A stretch of DNA of 51,839 nt, taken from the sequence record SRR2962707_3462, one strand, 5' to 3'. Under the pieces are notes generated by a model. That model worked only from the letters and a program-made list of their open reading frames with translations. It was not told the DNA's origin and did not search any database. Both the position numbers and the translations under genes were made by a program. Shown piece by piece: positions 10,192 to 20,345 of the stretch (positions are counted from its first letter, which is position 1; every line of letters begins with the position of its first letter).

Positions 10192-11256
10192 TCATAACAT
10201 CGGCTGTAATAATTGATGAATGAAATTCAATTTTTTACGCACAGCGGGGACAATAACAAACGGGTATAAATCCGGCTGCCCCATGCTTCGATTGAGGTTA
10301 TTCACTGCAAACGTAAGCGGTAAATACTGAGCCAGAATGTCATCAAAGTTTGAGTGTTGATACGGGTCAATCGTCACATTCACACAAAGTGACTGATATT
10401 GGGCATTAGGCGGCTGAAGGCTCATCCCGAACTGACTCGCGGTTTCTAACGTGTCGAGGATATGCAGATAATGCGCCCAAGTTTCGGCCCAATCTTCCCA
10501 AGGGTGAGAGGATGCATAAACACTGACAAACTGCTCACGCCAATTCTCGACTGGCGTCTCATAATGGCGCTGCAAAGCATCTTTATAGCTTTCCCGTTCA
10601 TCGCCAAACAATTCGCGATAAAGCGCTAACGTACTTTCGTCTGTCGCCACCAATTGATCCCAATAATAATGCCCAACCTCATGGCGAAAATGGCCAATTA
10701 GCGTACGGTAAGACTCATTCATGTCTTCTCGCATTTGCTCACGATCAGCACTGTTCGCTTCTGCGGCATTAATAGTGACTTGCCCAAGCGCATGACCGGT
10801 ACTGGATTGCGCATTGTCCGGCACCACATTTTCTTCTGAGATGAAGTCGAATGATAAACCGTCTTCAGGGTCTTCTTTTTTGCTGATCAAGGGCAACTCT
10901 AATTGCAGCAATGAATAGACTAATCGATGTTTAGCAAACTCTAGCTGCTGCCAAGCTTGGCGTTGCTCAATGGCTTCTAGATTGGGTATGTGTCGGTTCA
11001 AATCACAGGCCATGCAAAAAGTATGGTCGCTCTCCACCAGCCAATTACACACCCCATGTTGATGATTATCACAATAATGCCATACGGGTGCCGGCACAGA
11101 TGTGTCCGCTAAAGCAAGATAGCCTGAATCATGTGGCTTAAGTGCACTTAATACCATTTGGTCCGGCAAAAAACCTAAGGCAGATCCACAATTTTCACAC
11201 AAGGTATTTTCAAATAACAAGACTTGTGAACACTGTTGGCAACTGAATATTTTCAT
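10192..11256 (-). CDS. Zinc-ribbon plus putative zinc metallopeptidase (DUF2248-like)
   Basis: N-terminal CxxC..FEN..CxxC, CNW, CxxC; TGHA.G..TIN; YRTLIGHFRHEVGHYYW (HExxH); HPWEDWAETWAHYLH; start ATG 11256. Confidence 0.85.
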   Translation of the reverse strand: MKIFSCQQCSQVLLFENTLCENCGSALGFLPDQMVLSALKPHDSGYLALADTSVPAPVWHYCDNHQHGVCNWLVESDHTFCMACDLNRHIPNLEAIEQRQAWQQLEFAKHRLVYSLLQLELPLISKKEDPEDGLSFDFISEENVVPDNAQSSTGHALGQVTINAAEANSADREQMREDMNESYRTLIGHFRHEVGHYYWDQLVATDESTLALYRELFGDERESYKDALQRHYETPVENWREQFVSVYASSHPWEDWAETWAHYLHILDTLETASQFGMSLQPPNAQYQSLCVNVTIDPYQHSNFDDILAQYLPLTFAVNNLNRSMGQPDLYPFVIVPAVRKKLNFIHQLLQPML

Positions 11257-11682
11257 CTTCGTTTGAGCTCTGAGTAATGAATAAAATAGGCGTAGCTGAA
11301 TGCTTATAGAATGAAGAGCGCGATGCGTTAACACCAAGAACACACTCTCAAAAAGAGGCACTTATGAACATGCGATGTCCTTTCTTTATAATCCCTTTAT
11401 CCATAGAAAGCGAGAGAATATGAACACAAGCCGCATTATCAACTCAAAGAAAAAACCATTTACTTGAGTGTCTAAAAGCAACTTTCATGCGACATAAAAT
11501 GATCAAAATAGGCTCTATTTATGATCGTTTGCAACACACAAAACCCAGCACGCAGCTAAGGATGAAAGATGTCGTAAAATAAACACACCAATGAAATAAA
11601 ATAGCCTATTTGTAAGAAGATTAAAGTTCATAAACCTTTTATTATAAGTCTTTAATTCGCTGCCTACTGGAAATTGCCTTTC

Positions 11683-13548
11683 ATGATTGACGCTTTACTA
11701 CTGACGTTCATTTTTCTTGTTGCTGGAGTCATTTCTGTCCCCATCGCTTCTCGATTAGGACTCGGCTCAGTTCTCGGTTACTTATTAGCCGGCATAATCA
11801 TCAGCCCCATTCTTTCCATTCTGAATGTGGACCTAGTCTCAGTACAAAATTTTGGCGAGCTAGGGGTCGTTTTGATGCTGTTTCTAGTGGGTCTAGAGCT
11901 AGAGCCGAAGAAGCTGTGGGCAATGAAAACCCGCTTACTTGGGTTAGGTGGCGGACAAGTCGCGTTAACGGCATTGTTTATCATGGGCGCCTCCATGATG
12001 CTCGACCAGTCGTGGCGAATCAGTCTTGCGGTCGGCCTTATTTTGGCGCTCTCTTCAACCGCTATCGTGCTGCAAACCTTAGGGGAAAAAGGCTTAATGC
12101 GCTCAGACGGTGGGCAAGCGTCTTTTTCGGTTTTGCTCGCTCAAGACATCATAGTGATCCCTATGCTGGCGTTTATTCCTTTACTCGCCACGCCTGAATT
12201 ACTCAGCGCCTTAAATCATGCGGCCGAGCAAGCCTCAGCCCATGGCAGCAGCTGGAATTTATTGGAAGGGCTAGCCACCTGGCAGATTACCCTAGTCACA
12301 ATCGGTGCCATTATTACCGTGATACTGGGCGGTAGTTACTTATCCAGCCCGATATTTCGGTTTATCGCGTCCGCACAACTGCGCGAGCTCTTTACCGCGA
12401 CGGCTTTGATGTTTGTTATTGGCACTACCTTATTGATGTCAGTGGTTGGCTTGTCTCCTGCTCTTGGGACTTTTCTCGCGGGGGTTGTTTTGGCTAACTC
12501 GCCCTACCGACACGAACTAGAAAGCGACATTGCCCCGTTTAAAGGGTTGTTACTTGGGCTGTTCTTTATGACAGTGGGCGCAGGGATCAACTTCAGTCTA
12601 TTAGCCGATCATTTGATCAGCATCATCAGTCTTACTCTGGGCGTGATTGTGCTAAAAATGGTCGCATTGTTGATGCTGGGCAGTTTGTTCAAAATTCGCG
12701 GAGCAGACAAATGGCTGTTCGCGCTAGGACTGGCACAAGCAGGGGAGTTTGGCTTTGTATTGCTGTCGTTTACCGAATCGAATGGCGTGATCCCCAAAGC
12801 ACTGGCCGATCAACTCTTACTGGTGGTGGCGCTCTCTATGCTACTCACCCCTATTCTATTTATTCTCTACGATCGTTATTTAGCGCCACATTATCTAAAG
12901 GACAAAGATGATCAGCCTCAAGGGGTTGGCATGCCAGGAGATAAGAAAATCATTATTGCCGGCTCAGGCCGAATGGGCAGCTTGATCGATCGAATGATGA
13001 GTCTTGCTGGGTACGACACCACAGTGATCGACTACAGTACCAAGCAATTAAGAACACTGCAGCGCTTTGGTGTGAATAACTATTTTGGCGATGTGACGCG
13101 CCCTGAACTGTTGCACGCCGCCGGCATTGAAGACGCGCAACTGTTAATTGTCGCCATTGATGATCCAGAACAGATCTCTAAGCTGATTAAATACGTGATG
13201 GAGCACTATCCTCATTTGCACGTTATTTCACGGGCATACGACCGTCACCATGTTTACGATTTATGGTCTTACGGTTGTCGCGACATCATTCGTGAAGTAC
13301 ACGACAGTAGTTTGCGCATGGGGCGTTCGGCATTTGAAGCTCTTGGAATCCCGCAAGAAAACGCCGAGAAGATGGTCGACCTATACCGACAACACGACCA
13401 AGACGCTATGGTCGCCGTTGCGGATGCTCACAAAATTGGCGTACCGGCGCACGAAAACAGCCATTACATTGCAAAAGTAAAAGCCTTTCTAGAAGCGTCT
13501 GACCCAGAAATAAAGACACAGATGCAAGCATACCGCGACACCAAATAA
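11683..13548 (+). CDS. CPA2 potassium/proton antiporter, KefB/KefC family
   Basis: LGLGSVLGYL, LSSTAIVLQ, YRHELESDIAPFKGLLLGLFF, QAGEFGFV; C-terminal KTN/RCK domain. Confidence 0.92.
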   Translation: MIDALLLTFIFLVAGVISVPIASRLGLGSVLGYLLAGIIISPILSILNVDLVSVQNFGELGVVLMLFLVGLELEPKKLWAMKTRLLGLGGGQVALTALFIMGASMMLDQSWRISLAVGLILALSSTAIVLQTLGEKGLMRSDGGQASFSVLLAQDIIVIPMLAFIPLLATPELLSALNHAAEQASAHGSSWNLLEGLATWQITLVTIGAIITVILGGSYLSSPIFRFIASAQLRELFTATALMFVIGTTLLMSVVGLSPALGTFLAGVVLANSPYRHELESDIAPFKGLLLGLFFMTVGAGINFSLLADHLISIISLTLGVIVLKMVALLMLGSLFKIRGADKWLFALGLAQAGEFGFVLLSFTESNGVIPKALADQLLLVVALSMLLTPILFILYDRYLAPHYLKDKDDQPQGVGMPGDKKIIIAGSGRMGSLIDRMMSLAGYDTTVIDYSTKQLRTLQRFGVNNYFGDVTRPELLHAAGIEDAQLLIVAIDDPEQISKLIKYVMEHYPHLHVISRAYDRHHVYDLWSYGCRDIIREVHDSSLRMGRSAFEALGIPQENAEKMVDLYRQHDQDAMVAVADAHKIGVPAHENSHYIAKVKAFLEASDPEIKTQMQAYRDTK

Positions 13549-13563
13549 GCCCTGAAATGACGT

Positions 13564-13591
13564 ACCCTCAGTTTACTAACAGACTGAGGGT
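13564..13591. terminator. Hairpin between convergent kef and yrhK-like genes
   Basis: ACCCTCAGT...ACTGAGGGT. Confidence 0.5.
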
Positions 13592-13594
13592 TCA

Positions 13595-13927
13595 TCACTC
13601 AATCTGCTTGTTACAAGTGGATTTATAAACACGCTTCACGTGCACCAAGCTGATCAATTTAATAATAGGTTTGATCAGCAATTGGCCGCTGCCCAAAATA
13701 AACAGCCAGGTTCCATCCACCACCAAGGCCTCTGTTAAAAAAAAGAAACTACCGATCAAAAACCACACAGCAATCAAAAGGTCATTCACGGCACCAAGGG
13801 CTTCATAACGTCGTTGAATCACAATATGGTCTTGGTCTAAATCGAACTCAAATACTTGTTTATTGCTTGGCACTTTTTGTCCTATCCTTTTGGGCTGAAC
13901 AAGGACATCAGAGTGATATAAAAGCAT
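13595..13927 (-). CDS. YrhK-family small membrane protein
   Basis: RYE.....ND.....WFLIGSFFF......GTWLFILGS.QLLIKP; true start uncertain. Confidence 0.8.
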   Translation of the reverse strand: MLLYHSDVLVQPKRIGQKVPSNKQVFEFDLDQDHIVIQRRYEALGAVNDLLIAVWFLIGSFFFLTEALVVDGTWLFILGSGQLLIKPIIKLISLVHVKRVYKSTCNKQIE

Positions 13928-13953
13928 CTAATGTCCTTATTTTTCATCATTCT

Positions 13954-15666
13954 CTAACGTAGAAAGTTATCTCGAAGCAAGGATACCACTTCATCACTAC
14001 GACCGTTAAGCACCGCTTTTAGTCCAAACATGGCGGTGGAAGCCACTTGATTAGCCTCAATTTTTGGCGGCATAACCAGCTCCATACGACTGACTTTAAC
14101 GTCTAAAATAGCGGGCTTATCCGATGCTAACCACTGCGCCATCGCCCCTTCTAACTGATCAAGACTGTCTACCCGCCAACCGTCTAATCCTAACGAGCGT
14201 GCAACATTTGAAAAATCTGGGTTCTGTAACCCCGTAAACGAATCCAATAACCCTTCTACCCTTTGCTCCATTTCAACAAAGCCCAAAGATTCGTTGTTAA
14301 AGATAATCAGCTTCACCGGGATGTTTTCCTGCACTAGGGTCAATAAATCCCCCATCAGCATACTCATACCACCGTCACCACACATGGCAATGACTTGTCG
14401 ATCTGGATAGGCTTTAGCAATCCCTAGCGCTTGTGGATAAGCATTCGCCATGGTGCCATGCAATAAACTGGTTAAAAAACTGCGTTTTCCGGTGGCGGTC
14501 AAATGACGTAATAACCAGACCATAGGAGAGCCGCCATCGGCGGTAAATGCCGCGTCGTCATCGGCGAGCTTATCCAACATGTGCGCCACGGTTTGTGGAT
14601 GCAATAAATCGTTGCCTGATTTGGCTTCAGAAACATAATCAGCTTTGTCTTTTTTCCATTGCTGTAGAGCTTTGTCTAAATGCTCTTGGTCTAATCTAGC
14701 ACTCAGTTTCGGCAATAATGCCTTGATGGTATCCCCTACATCACCGACTAAACCTAGGTCAATTGGACTGCGCTTACCCAGATGGCTGGCGTCTCGGTCT
14801 AACTGTACTATTTTGGCTTTCTCAGGGTAAAACTGGGTATAAGCAAAATCACTCCCCAGACAAAGTAATAAATCACAATCGGCCACCGCCTCCATACCTG
14901 CACGGTTGCCTAACACCCCAGTCATACCGACTTGATTAGGGTTATTCGGTTCAATAAATTCTTTGGAGCGTGAGCTATGAACAATGGGCGCCCTTAACAA
15001 CTCAGATAATGACACCAACGCCTCTTTTGCCTCACGAGCACCAATCCCTGCGTACAAGGTAATACGCTTTGCCTTGTTTATCATGTCGGCTAACTGGTCA
15101 ATTTCTGCTTCATTAGGTCGTATCTCTGGTTTGGCTAAATGCACCTTCCAAGGTGCATCATCATGCACAGTCTCTTGAAACATATCACCGTTAACCACAA
15201 TCACCGCAACGCCATTTTTAGCTAAGGCTGTTTGAGCCGCCTGCACGGTAATTCTTCGCGCTTGATCAGGGTGAGAGATGCGTTCGCAAAATACTGAACA
15301 CTGCTCATAAAGTGATTTTTGATCAACTTCTTGGGGGAAGTTTAGCCCTTCTTCACGACGATCCACATTAGACGCAATCAACACCATAGGCGCACCGTTG
15401 CGATGGCTTTCAAAAATGCCATTAATAAAATGCAAGCTACCAGGGCCACAGGTTCCGGCACACAAAGAAAGCTCGCCAGTCATGTAGGATTCGCCACCAG
15501 CAGCAAAGGCTCCCACTTCTTCATGACGCACATGAACCCAATCAATATCTGAGCCACGGATGGAATCGGTGAGGTGATTGATGGTGTCGCCCACTATGCC
15601 GTAACAACGTTTGGCACCGGCTTCGGTCAATGCTTCTACCATGATTTTCGATACTGTTTTGCTCAT
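13954..15666 (-). CDS. poxB: TPP-dependent pyruvate oxidase/dehydrogenase (PoxB family)
   Basis: GIVGDT.N, VRHEE.GAFAA, GPGSLH, FPQEVD, HGTMANA, GDGG..M...D TPP motif, LGFVEME; ATG 15666 with AGGGAG SD. Confidence 0.88.
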   Translation of the reverse strand: MSKTVSKIMVEALTEAGAKRCYGIVGDTINHLTDSIRGSDIDWVHVRHEEVGAFAAGGESYMTGELSLCAGTCGPGSLHFINGIFESHRNGAPMVLIASNVDRREEGLNFPQEVDQKSLYEQCSVFCERISHPDQARRITVQAAQTALAKNGVAVIVVNGDMFQETVHDDAPWKVHLAKPEIRPNEAEIDQLADMINKAKRITLYAGIGAREAKEALVSLSELLRAPIVHSSRSKEFIEPNNPNQVGMTGVLGNRAGMEAVADCDLLLCLGSDFAYTQFYPEKAKIVQLDRDASHLGKRSPIDLGLVGDVGDTIKALLPKLSARLDQEHLDKALQQWKKDKADYVSEAKSGNDLLHPQTVAHMLDKLADDDAAFTADGGSPMVWLLRHLTATGKRSFLTSLLHGTMANAYPQALGIAKAYPDRQVIAMCGDGGMSMLMGDLLTLVQENIPVKLIIFNNESLGFVEMEQRVEGLLDSFTGLQNPDFSNVARSLGLDGWRVDSLDQLEGAMAQWLASDKPAILDVKVSRMELVMPPKIEANQVASTAMFGLKAVLNGRSDEVVSLLRDNFLR

Positions 15667-16037
15667 TTCTAACTCCCTAAGGTGATGAAAAGTGATTACA
15701 AGCATGCGTGATATCGCTCACTTAATCAGCAAAACAGCTGGGGTTCCTTGCTATCTGCAAACAACTTACACACTAAATAAAGAATCAAACCCATAGGTTT
15801 TAGAAGAGAAAATACAAATAGCAAATCATCTCAACAACAGGAGTACCCACTCAAAAGCCTATAAAAACAATAACCAGATCAATCATATATTCTGTAAAGG
15901 AAGAAGGTATTGGAGTACCATAAATTAATAAATAGCGCTTTATTGGTAGCCTCTTGTTATAACCACAATCCTTTTTACAGCAAATAATCTAACTCTCTGT
16001 GCTATGGGGCGGAATATCTACACAGGAATCACCACGG

Positions 16038-17243
16038 ATGTTGAACTTTTTTATTGTGGCTATCGCCACCTGCGTTTTTCTTTACCTCGCTTTTTCTACA
16101 AGACTTGCCCGCTCTGAGGGCTGGAAAGCAGCCGTCACACCGCTGGCTTCCATCATGGGCAGTGGGTTTCTCGTTGTCGCTCCCTTATTGGCGGACTCAG
16201 TGGGGTATTTCGCGGTGCTCTGTATGGGGGTTTTATTGCTTCTCGCTTACGCTGTCGGCGGCGCTATTCGCTTCAACATTCGCCATTTTGAGCCCATTGA
16301 ACATCAAAGAGGCCCAGCTCAAACGGTGTCGTTCGTGTCACGCATTGTTTTAGCTGGCGCCTATTTCATTTCTGTTACTTATTATCTGCAACTCTTATCG
16401 GCTTTTTTGCTCAACGCCTTTGGTTACAGCAGCGAGCTTTGGTCAAACATTATTACGTCACTTATTTTACTCTTTATTGGAGGCGTGGGTATGTGGCGTG
16501 GGCTGAGCCAATTAGAGAAAATAGAGAGTTACGCCGTCAGCCTTAATCTCGGTATGATCGCAGGCCTACTCTTCGCTTTAGCGCTCTATAATATTCGCTT
16601 AGTATCAACAGGAAGTTGGCACTTACCCACTCTAGATTCCACCATAGACCTGCACGATTTACGTGTACTACTAGGGTTACTCATTGTTGTGCAGGGCTTT
16701 GAAACATCGCGTTATCTACAAAGTGAGCACCCAGCCGAATTACGCATAAGCACCATGCGTCTTGCTCAATGGATATCGGCGGGGATTTATATTGTTTTCT
16801 TAAGCCTGATGACGGTGCTATTCCAGCATGGCATGGGCGCAGATGTCACCGCGATCACGAGCATGGTTGCACCGGTGGCAATACTACTGCCAATACTCAT
16901 TTCAGTCGCCGCTATTGGCAGTCAATTTTCGGCGTCTGTTGCGGACACCTCAGGGGCTGGCGGTTTAGTTGAAGACATTGTTCAGCAAAAAATCCCTATT
17001 CGTTATGCCTATCTTCTGGTCCTTGCTGTGACGCTTTTTCTGACTTGGATGACGGATGTAAACGCCATCATTGCGTACGCTTCACGTGCCTTTGCTTTAT
17101 TCTATACATTGCAATCTGCAACCGCGGCCATTGTTGCTTACCAAACCAAAACACTAGAAAAACGCACACAAAAAGTACGCTTATTTAGCTTAATTTCACT
17201 GCTGTGTTTATTGGTTTTCTTATTTGGCCTGCCATCAGAATAA
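16038..17243 (+). CDS. Uncharacterised polytopic membrane protein, APC-like transporter
   Basis: About 11-12 hydrophobic segments; TPLASIMGSGFL and VQGFETSRY resemble APC TM1/TM6 unwound motifs. Confidence 0.65.
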   Translation: MLNFFIVAIATCVFLYLAFSTRLARSEGWKAAVTPLASIMGSGFLVVAPLLADSVGYFAVLCMGVLLLLAYAVGGAIRFNIRHFEPIEHQRGPAQTVSFVSRIVLAGAYFISVTYYLQLLSAFLLNAFGYSSELWSNIITSLILLFIGGVGMWRGLSQLEKIESYAVSLNLGMIAGLLFALALYNIRLVSTGSWHLPTLDSTIDLHDLRVLLGLLIVVQGFETSRYLQSEHPAELRISTMRLAQWISAGIYIVFLSLMTVLFQHGMGADVTAITSMVAPVAILLPILISVAAIGSQFSASVADTSGAGGLVEDIVQQKIPIRYAYLLVLAVTLFLTWMTDVNAIIAYASRAFALFYTLQSATAAIVAYQTKTLEKRTQKVRLFSLISLLCLLVFLFGLPSE

Positions 17244-17284
17244 TTTTATATATCAATATTTTATAAACTTTTCTTAGCACTATC

Positions 17285-17330
17285 GAGAGCAGCATAACCT
17301 CTGTTGAACAACAGAGGTTATGCTGCTCTC
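17285..17330. repeat. Perfect 22-bp inverted repeat with 2-nt spacer
   Basis: GAGAGCAGCATAACCTCTGTTG-AA-CAACAGAGGTTATGCTGCTCTC. Confidence 0.95.
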
Positions 17331-17482
17331 ACTACACAATTAGCGCCTTTTTACGCTCAGATTAAAAGATTATTCATATAAGGTGGATTATTTGGTCAAG
17401 CGTTATAACGCCGCTCATAATTAATTTTTTTTTCACTTACACTCACTTAATTTGCTTATATCCAGCAAGAAAGTGAGCGCGT

Positions 17483-18166
17483 ATGCAGCTATCAAATGCA
17501 CAAAATATTGCCCCCAAGCAATATACGATTGCGATTCCAACATTGCCCTATGAATTTGTAGCCGCCAACGCTTCAGGAGCAACCAGAACCCAATTGGAAA
17601 GCTTTATAAAAGAAGGCTTTCATAAAAAATACCAGGCGGATGTCAACACCTTCATGCCGTTGCTACTTGGCATACAAGCTCGCGGACTAAAAGCGGTGGT
17701 AGGGATAAGGCGTGGCAATGAGCCATTATTCACCGAACAATATTTACCTGCCTCCATTACCGAAATACTGCAAGAACATGGCATCTGGACAGATCGCCAT
17801 AACGTAGCTGAGCTGGGCAATCTGTACAGCCAGAACCAACGCTTCACCCTACCTCTATTGATGACAGTCGTAATGAGCCTGTACTTATCCGACGTCGATT
17901 ACTTGGTATTTTCAGGAACAAAAACAGTTTGCCAACTGCTCGAAAAGCTCAAATTACCAATGACCTTTTTAGCCGACGCGAACCCTAAACGCTTAGTCAA
18001 TGCAGAAAAGCAATGGGGGAGCTATTACCAAAACAGCCCTAAAGTCATGCTCCTCGACGTCAAAAAATCAGTCTCGATCGCACTGATGCAACCTGAACTA
18101 GAAGCCTTACTTGAGCTAGTCAAAATGCATCTTCAACCCCTATTACTGCAAATGGAGGAACTCTAA
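17483..18166 (+). CDS. 'Thermostable hemolysin' family protein (probably an acyltransferase-fold enzyme)
   Basis: R..LE.FI...F...Y.A....FMP.LL, LF.EQYL, AELGNL, LVFSGT, L..A.P.RL......WG.YY...PKV. Confidence 0.85.
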   Translation: MQLSNAQNIAPKQYTIAIPTLPYEFVAANASGATRTQLESFIKEGFHKKYQADVNTFMPLLLGIQARGLKAVVGIRRGNEPLFTEQYLPASITEILQEHGIWTDRHNVAELGNLYSQNQRFTLPLLMTVVMSLYLSDVDYLVFSGTKTVCQLLEKLKLPMTFLADANPKRLVNAEKQWGSYYQNSPKVMLLDVKKSVSIALMQPELEALLELVKMHLQPLLLQMEEL

Positions 18167-18168
18167 TT

Positions 18169-20337
18169 ATGTGGTACTTTTCCTCACCGGAATGGGCGAA
18201 CAAGATCGCCCTGCAAACGTCCCATCAAACACTGACGTACCAGGCTCTCGCTGAAGCAGTAACCGCTCGCCAAAATTGGCTCAAGGCACAGCAAGTAACG
18301 CGCGTCGCTATCGCCATGGACAACAGCATAGAATGGGTCTTATTTGACCTAGCGTGTCAGCAGGCGAATATCTGCTGCGTGCCGGTACCAGGCTTCTTCA
18401 GTGACACCCAAACCACGCATCTGGTTACACAAAGTGGCATTGAATTATTGCTCACTGAGAGCAATAACAACAGCGAACAGAAGGACACAAGAGCGTCGCC
18501 ATTCGCAGGTATTGATGCCGTGCGCTTTCCTGTCACACAAACACCGCAGATACCAGAAGGCACTCATAAAATCACCTTCACCTCAGGCACCACAGGAAAC
18601 CCTAAAGGTGTTTGTTTAAGCGCAGAGTCGCAACGAAACGTTGCCCGCTCTCTGGTCGATGCCGTAGACATAAAACACGTCCGCCATCTTAGCCTCTTAC
18701 CGTTAGCGACCTTATTAGAAAACATCGCTGGGGTTTACGCTCCCTTAATGGTTGGGGGCACCATTCTATTGGCCAGCCAAACCGAACGCGGATTTAGTGG
18801 CAGTCGCTTAACGGACCCAAAGCGCCTACTCATGCTGATTAATGAACAGCAACCTAACAGTCTAATACTGGTTCCTGAACTATTATCTCTGTTTGTCGGC
18901 GCCTGCGCCCAAGGTTGGCAACCACCGCAATCCCTCCAATTTATTGCCGTTGGCGGCGGTAAAGTGGCAGCAGGGTTGCTGCAAAAAGCCCGCGCTTTAG
19001 GCTTACCGGTTTATCAAGGCTATGGCTTATCGGAGTGCGCTTCTGTGGTGGCGCTCAACACCAAAAAATCAGAACAGATTAGCGCCGCTGGCAAGACACT
19101 CCCGCACAACCAAGTACACATTGAAGACGATGAACTGGTGATCAAGGGAAACCTCTTTTTAGGCTACCTTAACCAACCCGAAAGCTTCTATCCAAGCGCT
19201 GTCTATACGGGGGATTTAGTCACTCTAGAAAACGGTTTTTTAACCATAGAGGGTCGCCGTAAAAACGTATTAATCAATTCCTTTGGTAGAAATATTTCAC
19301 CGGAATGGGTCGAAGCCGAATTGATGGCCAGCGGTCATTTTCGCGAGGTGCTGGTTGCTGGGGATGCGCAACCGCATTGCGTGGCATTGCTCACCCCACT
19401 GCAAAAAAACGCCAGCCAACAACAGATTGCCGCCGTGGTTGACCAAGTCAATATTAGGCTACCCGATTACGCTCAAATAGGTGGCTGGATCACACTAGAA
19501 CAACCATTAGTCAGCGTTCCTGGCCTTGTCACAGCCACCGGAAAGCCCGTTCGAGAACGCATTTTTAACCACTTTAAGGCATCGCTCGAAAATCTTTATT
19601 CCCTTGAAAATAAAGAAAACTTTCGAGTTTTACTAGAGCAGCAAAGACAAGAGAGAAACAAACCAATGTCACTTTATCAACGTTTGCAAAACGAAACCCA
19701 AGCCGAGCGCCAATACTTAGTCACCTCTGCGATTATTCAACGCTGCTTCCACGGCAAAATAACATTGGATAATTACTTAGATTTTCTAAGCCAAGCCTAC
19801 CACCACGTTAAGCATACCGTGCCATTATTAATGGCCACAGGCAGCCGACTACCGGATGAAAAAGAATGGTTGCGCGAGGCCATAGGCGAATACATTGAAG
19901 AAGAAATGGGCCATCAGGAATGGATACTCAATGACATAGCCGCGGCTGGCGGTGATAAAGACGCCGTGCGCCACAGCGAACCAGGAGCGGCCGCAGAGCT
20001 AATGGTCGCTTATGCTTACGATGCCATTCAGCGTAAAAACCCTCTGCGCTTTTTTGGCATGGTGTTTGTCTTAGAAGGAACCAGTATTGCGCTGGCGGAC
20101 AATGCTGCACAGCAAATCCAAGACAAACTTAAGCTGCCAAAAGAAGCCTTTAGTTACTTGAGTTCACACGGGGCTTTAGACCAAGAGCACATCGTTTTCT
20201 TTGAAAACCTCATGAATAAAATCACCGCTAAAGAAGAGCAAGACCAAATCATTCACAGCGCCAAAATGTTCTTCAAATTGTACGCGAATATCTTTCGTGA
20301 AATTGATAATGAAACAGCATCAGAACAAGCCGCTTAG
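18169..20337 (+). CDS. Fused adenylate-forming (AMP-binding) enzyme and heme-oxygenase-like diiron oxidase
   Basis: ANL motifs TSGTTGNPKG, YGLSE, TGD, GRRKN, TATGK in about aa 1-480; from internal Met at 19666 an HO-like domain with AYHHVKHT, EEEMGHQEW, VLEGTS, SHGALDQEH. Confidence 0.88.
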   Translation: MWYFSSPEWANKIALQTSHQTLTYQALAEAVTARQNWLKAQQVTRVAIAMDNSIEWVLFDLACQQANICCVPVPGFFSDTQTTHLVTQSGIELLLTESNNNSEQKDTRASPFAGIDAVRFPVTQTPQIPEGTHKITFTSGTTGNPKGVCLSAESQRNVARSLVDAVDIKHVRHLSLLPLATLLENIAGVYAPLMVGGTILLASQTERGFSGSRLTDPKRLLMLINEQQPNSLILVPELLSLFVGACAQGWQPPQSLQFIAVGGGKVAAGLLQKARALGLPVYQGYGLSECASVVALNTKKSEQISAAGKTLPHNQVHIEDDELVIKGNLFLGYLNQPESFYPSAVYTGDLVTLENGFLTIEGRRKNVLINSFGRNISPEWVEAELMASGHFREVLVAGDAQPHCVALLTPLQKNASQQQIAAVVDQVNIRLPDYAQIGGWITLEQPLVSVPGLVTATGKPVRERIFNHFKASLENLYSLENKENFRVLLEQQRQERNKPMSLYQRLQNETQAERQYLVTSAIIQRCFHGKITLDNYLDFLSQAYHHVKHTVPLLMATGSRLPDEKEWLREAIGEYIEEEMGHQEWILNDIAAAGGDKDAVRHSEPGAAAELMVAYAYDAIQRKNPLRFFGMVFVLEGTSIALADNAAQQIQDKLKLPKEAFSYLSSHGALDQEHIVFFENLMNKITAKEEQDQIIHSAKMFFKLYANIFREIDNETASEQAA

Positions 20338-20345
20338 GAGGTTTT

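Noticed and set aside
17483-18166. Reading the 'thermostable hemolysin' as a secreted virulence toxin
   Set aside because: No signal peptide or pore-forming features, and it is tightly coupled to cytoplasmic enzymes; the family name is historical
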